Source of the DNA: Eledone cirrhosa | Lineage: Eukaryota | Reading direction: 5' to 3' | NCBI GenBank assembly: GCA_964016885.1 | Contig: OZ024746.1 | Span: 496,001 to 560,000, forward strand | DNA: 64,000 nucleotides | Part shown: positions 53,369 to 64,000 of the stretch, one piece after another | Layout of the letters: each line of letters starts with the position of its first letter | Numbering within the stretch: the stretch's first letter is position 1 | Notes under the pieces: generated by a model | The model's input: only the letters and a program-made list of their open reading frames with translations | Databases searched by the model: none | Told to the model about the DNA's origin: nothing | Program-made: the position numbers and the translations under genes

Positions 53369-53874
53369 ATAATATTGAAGTGGAAGAACTGGATTAAGTG
53401 TGAAACAGATGAAAAATATTGTAAGAAGTTGCAGGAATTGTTTGGAAGTAACAAACATATTTCAGATTTGTACATGTCTGGCAGATGACTTGATCTGAGA
53501 CTGTTGAAACTAAAACATTTCTATTTTATAAGAAGGACCTCAATGAGTGGAGGGATTCTGAATGGTTATTGTGCATCATGATTGCAAAGTAAACGTTTTA
53601 ACCACTCAGTCATACCTGCATCTCACTTTTCCATGTTTGCATGGATTGGTTGGGTCTTTCCTATCACAGAATCCCTCCACTCATTGAGGTCCTTCTTATA
53701 AAATAGAAATGAATTAAAATAGAAATGTTTTAGTTTCAACAGTCTCAGATCAAGTCATCTGCCAGACATGTACAAATCTGAAATATGTCTGTTACTTCCA
53801 AACAATTCCTGCAACTTCTTACAATATTTTTCATCTGTTTCACACTTAATCCAGTTCTTCCACTTCAATATTAT
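53369..53874. repeat. Long inverted repeat, ~190-bp arms, ~106-bp spacer
   Basis: 53369-53560 is the reverse complement of 53667-53874; the right arm has an extra AAAATAGAAATG duplication. Confidence 0.95.
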
Positions 53875-54136
53875 ATTTTACAACAAATCCCGTTTATCAT
53901 ATTTACTTCAGAAGCCAACCAAACATTTAATAAACTTTTCTGTTGTTATCTAATCATAAATATAATCCCATTTCTCAAGTTTTTCCTCTTGGATCTCATC
54001 ATCATCATCACTACCATTACCGTCATCGTCATCAACACAACCACCTCTATCTTCACTATCACGCTATCATCACCACAACAACAACCACCACACACATATA
54101 CAATATAAATAAATGTGTATATATATATATATATAT

Positions 54137-54516
54137 GTGATGGTGGTTGGAGCATTGGGCTTGCAATCGAAAGGTTATGAGTTCAATTCTCAGACCAGGT
54201 GATGTGTTGTTTCCTTGAGCAAGACACTTTATTTCACATTGCTCCAGTTTACTCAGCTGTAGAAATGAGATGATAGGGTCCGGGGTCCATATCATTTCAC
54301 TGCAAAGTGGTTGTGGAGGTGCCACGGAAAAAAAGCACCCAGCACTCACTGTAAATGAGGTTGGCGTTAGGAAGGGCATCCAGCTGTAGAAATCAAGTCT
54401 AAATCAGTTCCCGTATGAGCAAGACAAGGTCAGCTGACTGGACACTGCCCACAACAGGACAACCCGTCTAACCCATGCTAGTGGAAGAACAGATGTAAAA
54501 TGATGATGATGATGAT
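54137..54516 (+). mobile_element. tRNA/CORE SINE with complete RTE-derived tail and (TGA)n
   Basis: Paralog of 46486-46813; tail matches 60820-61090. Confidence 0.9.
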
Positions 54517-54860
54517 GGCTGCCCCCTCGTTATCGAGTATGGCCATTGCACGATATACCATTATTAATAATTATCAATTAATTCTATCGTGCAATGCCTG
54601 TGCGTGAAGATATTTTTTAAAGTGAGGAAAGACTGTGCACTGAGCCAATCCCACTTTCTGAGCGACAGTAGCTATAACCCGGATAGAAGAAAAGATCAAC
54701 ATCATCGGTAACTACTGAGCCGCAGGTTTTATATCGGAGTTATCCCAGTTATTTGAGTTGCCTTCTCCTAGAAGAATGCCCTGACAAAGGATAGGGGTCA
54801 TTCACTTCCAGTGGTTTAACCACACGATCGGGTGTCCAGCCCGACTATTTCTATGTCCCC
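54517..54860 (-). mobile_element. Second copy of the 41035-41625 element, 5'-truncated
   Basis: GGCTGCCCCCTCG, AGCCAATCCCACTTTCT, CCTTCTCCTAGAA and TGACAAAGG..GGGGTCAT are reverse complements of motifs in 41245-41623. Confidence 0.7.
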
Positions 54861-55149
54861 CGCGCATATACATACACATGCACCCATGCATATACACATA
54901 TACATATACACACACATGTACATGTGTATATACATATTTACACACTTTTGTATATATATATATATACATACACACACACATACAATATGTGGGTGGCTCT
55001 CAGCAATAGCTAATTTTCCGAAAGTTAAAATTTTGCTGCTCCCACGCCCTTAATCCTATTTCAATCAACAAAAACACAGGGTGTGCAAAACTTCAGCTCA
55101 ATCGGACAACTGTTAGGCAACCCTCAAATGCCTTGAAGTTGGGGCATAG

Positions 55150-55702
55150 TATACGCAACAATTCTGTTCAAAAGCTGTATACTGGTTTCTTCAAATTTGG
55201 AACAAACATGTGTTATGTCCCAAGAAGTGTTGTGGACTCATAAAATTTTCAATTTTTTTCTAATGTGGCCCCTAGGTGGACGAAGGCTGTCTCTGGATCA
55301 CCGTGACAATCACGTCACAGGTGCGAAATTTAAATAATTGTTGGTTAACATTTTACTCATCTTAGTGTGTTACGTCCTCTTTCCTTAGATAAGGCCTCCA
55401 AGGAAGAGATCCGCCATTGGTTGAAAAACAGCAAAAGCTGAGAGAGGGAAAAGTAGAAAAGCAAAGGAATCGTCAGTGGAGGCTGCAATTAGATGATCAT
55501 AAGATGCTGAACGTAAAGCTACTGCAAGAGCGTTAGAAAACTACGAGCAGTGTTGTATTTAAGACATATGTTACTTATGTACTCCGGATGGTCATAGGCA
55601 CTTTCCTTTTTCCAGATATTGATTATAGCCCCTCAAGTATTGACATAAATGCTATACATGACTGCTGTTTAATACCTGAGCAACGCTGGGTACCTCTGCT
55701 AG
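55150..55702 (+). mobile_element. Helitron remnant (3' end clear, 5' end uncertain)
   Basis: 55559-55702 matches 10531-10926 with an internal deletion; ends TACCTGAGCAACGCTGGGTA..CTAG|T. Confidence 0.75.
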
Positions 55703-56640
55703 TATGTTATAAAATAAATAGGATGGGTTGGGGTCTAAATATGTAAACTAAACAACTAATTGTTTTTTTTTTTAAATCAATGGAGACAAACTAGAAAAAT
55801 TACTGACCCCCCCCCCCCCCCTCATTATTTGGGAGTGCTGTACGGTTTCATTTTAAATACTTACAAATGTTGTAAAACTGGTTCATTACGAGAGAATTTC
55901 AACAGTAAATACCAGCTTGTTATTCCAATATATAATTACTGTGTCTGCTGACTGTAGCCAGTCAAATATACAGAATTAACCCTTTATTTTATGGAAATTT
56001 TACAACTCACAAATCTTTGAATTACTTATGTAACATGACCTAGTGTTTGATAATTTGTGAGGTTGAGAAACTATTTTTAACAAGTTATAAGTATTTAGTC
56101 TTTTAACCCTCATTTACCATGGAAGTGCCTGTAATATCTGATATAAAATATAAACTTATTGTATAAATCAAATTTAGATTTGCACACATCCATACACAAG
56201 CGCACAAATACAAATAATTACTGAAAACACTTCTAGTTTCATGATACAAAACTGTTTACTTTAAAGTATAAGTTGTATTCTATTTGTATCTGCTGACCTC
56301 ATGAGGTGGGGGTGGCAGTTGCAGCAGGTGTTGTTGGCCATTGTCTGCGGAAATACCTTTACCATTTTGTCCACAGGGCACAGCCAAACCACCACTCTGA
56401 GCTGTAGAGTCTGTCACCCTCTCCCTTCCTTTGTCTAGTAGTCCTTCCTCTTCCTCCATCTACAGCATTTATAGTCCTTTCCAATATTGCTTTATTTTTC
56501 TATTTTTAACCAAATTTCTTTTATTACTTCTATCATTGTATTTTTCTTCTGATATACAAATGTTCAGTTCAACTGATACCCACACCACCACCACACCCTT
56601 GGGTAGTCGCATATAAGGTTGGCTAAAAAGTTCATAGACA

Positions 56641-57066
56641 GATGAGGTGGTGGTGATGGTGGTGATGGAGGTGGTGATGGTGGTGTTGATGGTGATGGAG
56701 GTGGTGATGGTGGTGGTGTTGGTGGTGATGGAGGTGGTGATGGTGGTGTTGATGGTGATGGAGGTGGTGATGGTGGTGGTGTTGGTGGTGATGGAGGTGT
56801 TGATGGCGATGGTGGTGGTGATGGTGATGGAGGTGGCGATGGTAGTGGTGGTGTTGTTGATGGTGATGGAGGTGGTGATGATGGTGGTGGTGATGGTGGT
56901 GTTGATGGTGGTGGTGGTGGTGGTAGTGGTGGTGATGGTGGTGTTGATGGTGATGGAGGTGGTGATGGTAGTGTTGATGGTGATGGTGGTGGTGGTAGTG
57001 ATGGTGGTGGTGGTGGTGATAGTAGTGGTGGTGTTGATGGTGTTGATGGTAGTAGTGGTGGTGGCG
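56641..57066. repeat. (GGT/GAT)n trinucleotide tract
   Basis: Direct; source of the poly-Pro/His/Val ORFs. Confidence 0.95.
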
Positions 57067-57677
57067 ATATATGATATGTGAGCAGGACATCTACAGATAT
57101 ATGATATGTGAGCAGGACAGTGGACATCTACAGATATATGATAATGATGAAATACCTTCCATGTCTTACATTGGGTCAGACTGTGATCAAAGGTTATTTA
57201 TAGTGTTTCTACCTAATCACCATTAATCACAGTCCTGCTCAATAAAATACCAGAGAAATGATAGATGTTAATGGCTGGTTGTTACGGAGAGGAATTGTTG
57301 GCATAGCTCACTAAATAAACAGTGAAAATCTCTGTCAAAGATATAAATCTCGTAATATACAATTTACATTGTTTTACACTTTCGTTACCATATTTCTAAT
57401 GAGACACACTGTTTATGTCATTAACCCTTTCATTACCATATTTCTAATGAGAGACTCTCCGCTTAATAAGAATTTACAAGAACTTACAAGAATGAGTTTT
57501 CACATTTTGTTTGTTTATTAATTCTGAGAAATTTTCATTAATAATTAAATAAAATTAAATAATTTTATTAATAAATATCACAAACACTTTGTAACAGGAC
57601 AGAAACAAGTGTTACTAGTGCTAATGTTGGGCTCTAGAAGACTTATGTAGCTAAACTTAGTGTATTATTTCATAGAA

Positions 57678-57862
57678 GGGTGGTGGATTGGCAGTATCAG
57701 TAGAGGGTTGGACGCCATGCTTTCCAGCATAGTTATGTCCCTTTACGATCTGAGTTCAAATCCCGCCGAGGTTGACTTTGCCTTTCATCCTTACGGGGTC
57801 GATAAAATAAAGTACCAGTAATGCACTGGGTAATTGCTGGCCTTGTGCCTAAAGTAGAAACA
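57678..57862 (+). mobile_element. Short SINE with 14-bp TSD
   Basis: TSD ATTATTTCATAGAA at 57664-57677 and 57863-57876. Confidence 0.92.
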
Positions 57863-58614
57863 ATTATTTCATAGAAATATGTTTACTTACCAATAAGTTC
57901 ATCCATTTTTTGAAATTCTGGCTCAAACTCAATATTTGAAGCCTTGGATTTGTGCTCTCTTTAGCTCTCCCCGCATGTGAATACGCCATTTTGACAAGTA
58001 GTGTCAAGATGTGTTACAAACATCCACGATATCCCTCTTTTTATTGACTTTGCACTTTTGCGCCATCTTGGGGCCAGAATCATCAATAGCCATATTGAAT
58101 TTGGAAGAAATTTTTCTTTCTTAAGATAAAAATCTTGAAGAAAATATGTTCTTTTCTAAGTGAAAAATAAATAAAATGTTCACTTTTATATTTCATAACG
58201 ATTATCTGATCTACCCCCATTGATTTTTATATGAAAATAAAACAAAACAAGTCCTCTTCATGACTATCATTTTCAACAGAAATCGAGTTATAGTGCTCCA
58301 GCACACTGAACTAGAATTAAAGCTACTGTTCAGCAGTCAAGACAAATGTTGTGAATGTGTGGAAATACAACTGAGGGGATCTGATATATGTCAGTGTCAG
58401 ATTTTGATCAAAAGTATATAAGAAAGTTCACATCCAGAACTTTCAAATGATATATAATTGTCTACAAGAAAAAATATATTTTGACATGAAAATGATCAAG
58501 CAAAAAATGCATTTTAGCGTGGTCAAAGTATACTTGCGACCCTTCTACAGAGCTCTACTGTGACTTATATGTGGCATGACACACTAACCATTCTACTAAT
58601 TCTTCAGTAACTAT

Positions 58615-58860
58615 ATCATCATCACTGTTTAACATCTATTTTTTCATGCTAGCATGGGTTAGACGAGTTGTCCCATTGTGAGACAAGCCAGGTCAGATGA
58701 CCCTGTCTTGCTCATACAGAACTGATTTGGGCTTGGTTTCTATGGTTGGATATCCTTCCCAATGCCAACCACATTACAGTATGGACTGGGTACTTTTTGT
58801 CATGTCACCAACACAACCAGTTTACAGTGTCGACCAGCTGCCTTTTGTTGCGTCACCAGC
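58615..58860 (-). mobile_element. RTE/SINE 3' tail fragment
   Basis: Reverse complement of the family A-type UTR (CATGCTAGCATGGGTTAGACG..GGATATCCTTCC). Confidence 0.78.
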
Positions 58861-59577
58861 ATATATATATATATAATTTTTACATTTCCTTTCCTTGCCA
58901 AGTGTTGGACAAGGACTGTTGAAGCAGTAATCTTCAGCCAGATACTTTAATACCAACCCTTATACTTATAGTTACCTCATACAATATATGAGGACAGTGT
59001 ATCTATCCTGAGGTCAATCTAACTTTATCTAATGATATCACTGAGTCTAGATTACTCTATAAAGTGTTCCAGTTGGGAGACTGAAGCCATGCTGGGGCAC
59101 CATCATAACACCTTATAAATAAACATTTCTATTTTTATATCAAATAAAGAAAATAACAAATAAATAAAAAATGTTCATTTTTATTGACAATGAGAAGAAT
59201 AATGATGAAAGCTGATAAAATAAGAAAATATAAGTCCTATCTTCTTTTAAACCCATACTTTTTCCGTTCATAGAAAAGATCTGTTTTTGCACTTCCAAGA
59301 TTCACAATTTTAGGGCAGCCATCTCTCTGAAACAAAATATATATACATATATATAATAGAATGTTGTAGTATGTTTGAAGCAGTGTATATAGTATATCAT
59401 GTAGAAAATGGTATGTTTAAGATGGTTAAGACAATGTGAAATGGATGGTAAAATGAAGGGAACACTTTGTTATCTGTTATTTATTATTATCTTTTTTTTT
59501 CTTCCTAATATTTCGGGACTTAAAATCCCTTCCTTGGAGTATGGGGAACTCTAAGAGCAAAACATTCTGATCTTATC

Positions 59578-59727
59578 ACTTTGACAACATAGCTGAGTGG
59601 ACGGGAAAGAACTTTGCCATAACCCAACCACTCATCCATGACCACCAGAGATGGGGGGCAGTTGGTGCAGCGTTCAACACTGCAGTGTCCCAACAACCCC
59701 TAAAAGGTTAAGTAACCATCATGATGA
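59578..59727 (+). mobile_element. RTE-like LINE 3' fragment (family D)
   Basis: DNIAEWTGKNF..HDHQRW.QLVQRST with one frameshift, then an ATG-repeat tail. Confidence 0.6.
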
Positions 59728-59925
59728 TGTATATATACATGATATATATATATATACATGATATATATATATATATACATGATATATATATATACATGAT
59801 ATATATATATACATGATGTATATATACATGATATATATATACATGATATATATATACATGATGTATATATACATGATATATATATACACATGATATATAT
59901 ATATACATGATATATATATATACAT
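59720..59925. repeat. (CATG(AT)n) compound minisatellite; resumes at 61086-61155 after the LINE
   Basis: The same unit flanks both sides of the RTE insertion. Confidence 0.88.
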
Positions 59926-59928
59926 TAT

Positions 59929-60783
59929 AAGACTAAGGTCCTTATAAGTAGACGAGAAAACAGAACCCAGATCCCCTCAGGGAAATGGCCTTGCTCAGTA
60001 TGTAGGAAAGGTGTAGGTAGGAACTCCATTCTTTGCCCCAAATGCAAACAATGGGTACACAAGAGATGTAGCGGGATCTCAGGAAGCTTAATTAAGAATG
60101 TAGGATTCACATGCAGCAGCTGTGCTGAAACAGCAAGCAAACAGCCACAGGAAACAAGTACCACCAATCTCTGGGAGGGCCCTGTAGAAACAGTAGACAG
60201 CTTCTGCTACCTAGGTGACCGAATTAGCAACGGAGGTGGGTGCTCAGAAAGTACAATAACTAGGGTAAGAACGGGATGGAAGAAGTTTAGGGAACTACTA
60301 CCACTGCTAGCTGCAAAAGGCTTCTCCCTCAGAATGAAAGGCAGACTGTATGATGCGTGTATCCGAACAGCGATGTTGCATGGTAGTGAGACCTGGGCGC
60401 TGAAGGTGGAAGACTTACGTAGATTAGAGAGAAACGAAGCCTGCATGCTCCGATGGATGTGTAACAGTAATATACGTGAACGACAAAGCATAAATGAATT
60501 GAGAGAGAGACTGAGCATAAGAGGAATCAAATGCTGCGTGCAGGAGAGGCGGTTACGCTGGTATGGACATGTGATGCGTATGAAGGATGACAGCTGCATA
60601 AAAAGGTGCAGAGCACTAGAAGTTGATGGAAACCGCGGAGTGGGGAGACCCAAGATGACTTGGGATGAGGTGATAAAAGCCGACCTTACCCAACTACACC
60701 TCTCAAAGTCAATGACACACGACCGTGACTTCTGGCGTCACGCAGTAATACAGGGTACCCGACCTCCCATGGGTACATGCTGA
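59929..60783 (+). pseudogene. Truncated RTE reverse transcriptase C-terminal ORF (284 aa, no start) with an inserted PHD-type zinc finger
   Basis: KTKVL..WPCSVCRKGVGRNSILCPKCKQWVHKRCSG..FTCSSC..VDSFCYLGD..MLHGSETW..RRLRWYGHVMRM..GRPKMTW; no stop from 59929 to TGA at 60781-60783. Confidence 0.9.
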
Positions 60784-61090
60784 AGCATATAAACAATATG
60801 CCCCCCCCTCCCCCACCGCAAGGTGGTCGTGGAGGTGCCACGGCAAAAAAGCACCCAGCCCACACTGTAAAGTGGACGTGTAGGCGCCACGAAAAAGCAC
60901 CCAGCACTCACTGTAAATGAGGTTGGTGTTAGGAAGGGCATCCAGCTGTAGAAATCAAGCCAGATCAGTTCCTGTATGAGCAAGGCATGGTCAGCCGACC
61001 AGACACTGCCCACAACAGGACAACCCGTCTAACCCATGCTAGCGTGGAAGAACGGACGTAAAACGGTGATGATGATGATGATGATGATGA
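59929..61090 (+). mobile_element. 5'-truncated young RTE-clade LINE (family A)
   Basis: Uninterrupted RT C-terminal frame, subrepeated 3' UTR, (GAT)n tail. Confidence 0.95.
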
Positions 61091-61317
61091 TATATATATA
61101 TACATGATATATATATATACATGATATATATATATACATGATATATATATACATAATGATGATGATGACATACAATACTTAAAAAAAACAAGTCAAATAC
61201 ATCAGGCTGTCTATTTTTATAAGAAAACAAATATTTTTAGAAATCCCTTGAAAGTTAATATTTTGAGGTGATGTCTCTAATGTATAACACAATATTTCAA
61301 TGTGTATTGTTAATAGT

Positions 61318-61722
61318 GATTTCTATTATAGGCATAAGGCCAGTAATTGGGGGGGGGGGGGGGGTCGATTAAATCGACCCCAGTACGATGAAAGGCAAAG
61401 TTAACCTCGGCGGGATTTGAACTCAAACAGTAAAGCAGCATAACTCTGTGCTGCGAAGCATTGCATCTGACCCTCTAGCGATACTGCCAATCCACTGCCC
61501 TTAATAGTAATAATAATTTCTACTTTAGGCACAAGGCCAACAATTTGAAGGTGAAGGGAAAGGCGATTAAATCGACCCCAGTACATTACTGGTACTTTAT
61601 TTTATCGATTCCCGTAAGGATGAAAGACAAAGTTAACCTCAGCGGGATTTCAACTCAAAATATAACTATGCCATAAAGCATGTTGTCTGACGCTCTACTG
61701 ATCCTGCCATTTCACCACCCTA
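61318..61722 (-). mobile_element. Two tandem short SINE copies
   Basis: Two reverse-complement copies of the 42577-type SINE (~61318-61500 and ~61513-61722). Confidence 0.82.
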
Positions 61723-61779
61723 ATAGCAATAACAAGGATTTCTAACAAAGGCACAAAACCACAAACTTTATGAGTAGAA

Positions 61780-62070
61780 AATGGTTGTGTAGGTGACACG
61801 ACACAAAGCCCCCAGTCCACACTGTAAAGTAATCATGAAGGTGTCATGACAAAAAGCACCCAGTCCACCCTGTAAAGTGGTTGTGTAGGTGTCATGACAA
61901 AAAGCACCCTGTCCACACTGTAAAGTGGTTGGCATTAGGAAAAGCATCCAGCTATAGAAACGAATCCAAAATCAGTTTCGTATGACAAGACATGGTCATC
62001 TGATCTGGCTTGTCTCACAGTGGGACAACTCATCAAATTCGTGCTAGCGTGGAAAAATGGATGTTAAACG
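61780..62070 (+). mobile_element. RTE/SINE 3' UTR fragment
   Basis: Repeated AAGCACCC..CACACTGTAAAGTGG units; GCTAGCGTGGAAAAATGGATGTTAAAC terminus. Confidence 0.8.
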
Positions 62071-62119
62071 ACGGAATTTCATCAGAGAAACTCAAGGGAC
62101 ATAACTTGGTGCTGCAGAT

Positions 62120-62692
62120 AATTTTCTTCAACCTTCTTTGCATAATAACTAAAATAAGGATTGGATGGTTTAGTAAGCTATTCACACTGTTGACAAAAGG
62201 TTTCTCCCTACGTCCAAAAGGACAATCGCATGATGCCTGTGTGTGAAGTGCAATGCTGCATGGTAGTGAAACATGGGCAGTGACTGCAGAAGAGATGTGT
62301 AAACTGGAGAGAAATGAAGCAGTCATGCTTTATTGGATATGCAATGTAAATGTGAGAAAAAGGCAGAGTTGGGATGAACTAAGGGGGAAGCTGGGTTTAA
62401 GAGGAATCTGAGGTGATGTACAGAAGAGAAGACTGTGTTGGTACAGACATGTGATACATATGGATGATGATTGTTGGGTGAAGAGATGCCAGGAAATGCC
62501 AGTGGAGCGAAGTTGCAGTAGAGGTAGACCAAAAACGACCTGGGCAGAGGTGGTGAGAGCTGATCTCAAAACACTGAGACTCACAGAGATGACAAAGAAA
62601 CGTAGTGTGTGGAGAGATGCTGTGCTGAGAAGGACCTGTCTAACTCATGCAAGTGTGGAGTAACAGGCGTAAAAACAACGATGATGATGATT
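62120..62692 (+). mobile_element. RTE LINE 3' fragment (family C)
   Basis: IRIGW..LLTKGFSLRPKG..AMLHGSETWAVTAEEM..MDDDCWVKRCQEMPVE..RGRPKTTW. Confidence 0.9.
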
Positions 62693-63211
62693 GTTGGAGT
62701 TCATTGTTATGCCCCCCCCACCTGTATTGCCTCAATTTCTCTCATTAACCACATTACAAAATGTACTGGGTATATTTTATCATGGCATCAACACTAGATG
62801 GGGTTGTCATGTCCTTGTCAACTAAAGTGACCTCTCTACACTGTCAACTAAGGTGACCTCTACATTGTGTTGTCAACTAAGGTGACCTCTCTACACTGTG
62901 TTGTCTCTGTTCAGTTGTCAACCACTTTACAGAGTGTAGTGGGTGTATTATCTTAGTGACAGTAATCCTAAAAATATTGCCATGACTTCAACAATACTAA
63001 AATGTTCTCTTTATCCTTCATTGTCAACCACTTTGGTGAATATGATTGACAGAATGTCTCCATGTAAACTAGGAAACTTCCAAAAAAAGCAAGAAAATAC
63101 AAACTGCAGATCGTTTATTTCACAACCATGTTTGACTTCCCTTAGTTTATAGAAAAATGTTTAACGCCTTTTAATACCAATTCTTGGTCTAGGAAAGATA
63201 GCAGTTTATTT

Positions 63212-63440
63212 TATCATCCTCATCATCATCATTCTACGTCCGCTTTTCCCTGCTTGCAAGGGTGAGATGGGTCTTATTCAGCACAGCATCTCTCCACTTG
63301 TCACGGTCCTTCGTCATCTCCTCCATGAGCTTCAGCAATCTGAAGTCTGCTCTCACCACCTCCGCCCATGTTTTTCGTGGTCTTCCTTCTACTGGGATTT
63401 CTTGGCACTTCTTTACTCAGCGGTCATCCGCTATATTTAT
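63212..63440 (-). mobile_element. RTE LINE 3' fragment (family C)
   Basis: Reverse complement of 62460-62690-like sequence, with (CAT)n on the plus strand. Confidence 0.8.
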
Positions 63441-63449
63441 CTAAAACCA

Positions 63450-63710
63450 TTCTTCCTCTTTGACCACTTATTCTTGAGAGGATCATGGGGCCAGAGTCCT
63501 TAAACACTCCTTCCAGTGAGCCCTGTCAGTAGCAATCATCTCCAACTGATCTGGCTGGATCCTCAAGCGAGACGAGCCAAGCTCATGGATGTTATCTGAA
63601 CATCTTCCTTGGAGTCTACCACTGGGTCTCCTGTCAGTTGGTTTTTGCCCGTAAAATCTGTCCAGTGATTCTTTCCCAAGACATTCTAACCACATGCCCA
63701 TAGTATCGGA
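63450..63710 (-). mobile_element. RTE LINE 3' fragment (family B)
   Basis: KPTDRRPSGRLQGR..DNIHELG..DRAHWKECLRTLAP. Confidence 0.82.
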
Positions 63711-64000
63711 ACTGTGATCTCTTAATTTGGGGATGTAATGCTACCTGAAGTGACTCTTTGATCTTTGAACTTTGCACCCTATCAAGTAACATTACTCCCA
63801 AAACCTATTTCAGCCGCTTGTATTCCATCATAATTTTATGTAAGAATCTTTGTTAAGTTAAGCTCTAAACACCAGGTAAATAGTGAAAAAAAATTCATTA
63901 TATTACTAAATCCCTTCAAATTCTTGATTATTTCTAAAATTATTTGAAAATCATCTACAGTATTTTCCATTAAAAATGTGGTAAGAAACTAGTTAAAACA

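Overview
Repeat-dense eukaryotic non-coding DNA, most likely intronic or intergenic. The repeat repertoire (tRNA/CORE-type SINEs, RTE LINEs with (ATG)n tails, long (TA)n/(CA)n tracts) is typical of an octopus/cephalopod genome; this assignment is inferred, not shown. No host protein-coding gene can be supported, and nearly all listed ORFs are translations of simple repeats. The window is dominated by a ~20.5-kb satellite of 16-bp units (15327-35804) with a near-constant 11-mer, a variable 5-mer and higher-order duplications. At least eight other minisatellites are present, and several demonstrably arose inside transposons (an RTE RT exon segment, a SINE A-box, a LINE 3' tail). Other content: fragments of several RTE families (one with an intact 284-aa frame carrying a PHD finger inside the RT), a CR1-type 3' end, a Penelope-like fragment with a hammerhead ribozyme, two long fold-back palindromes that turn at hammerhead-like cores, a candidate HDV-like ribozyme, non-autonomous Helitrons (one containing a symmetric CTAG|TC double junction) and a piggyBac-like MITE. 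All family names come from motif recognition by eye; no database search was run, and boundaries of degenerate elements are approximate.
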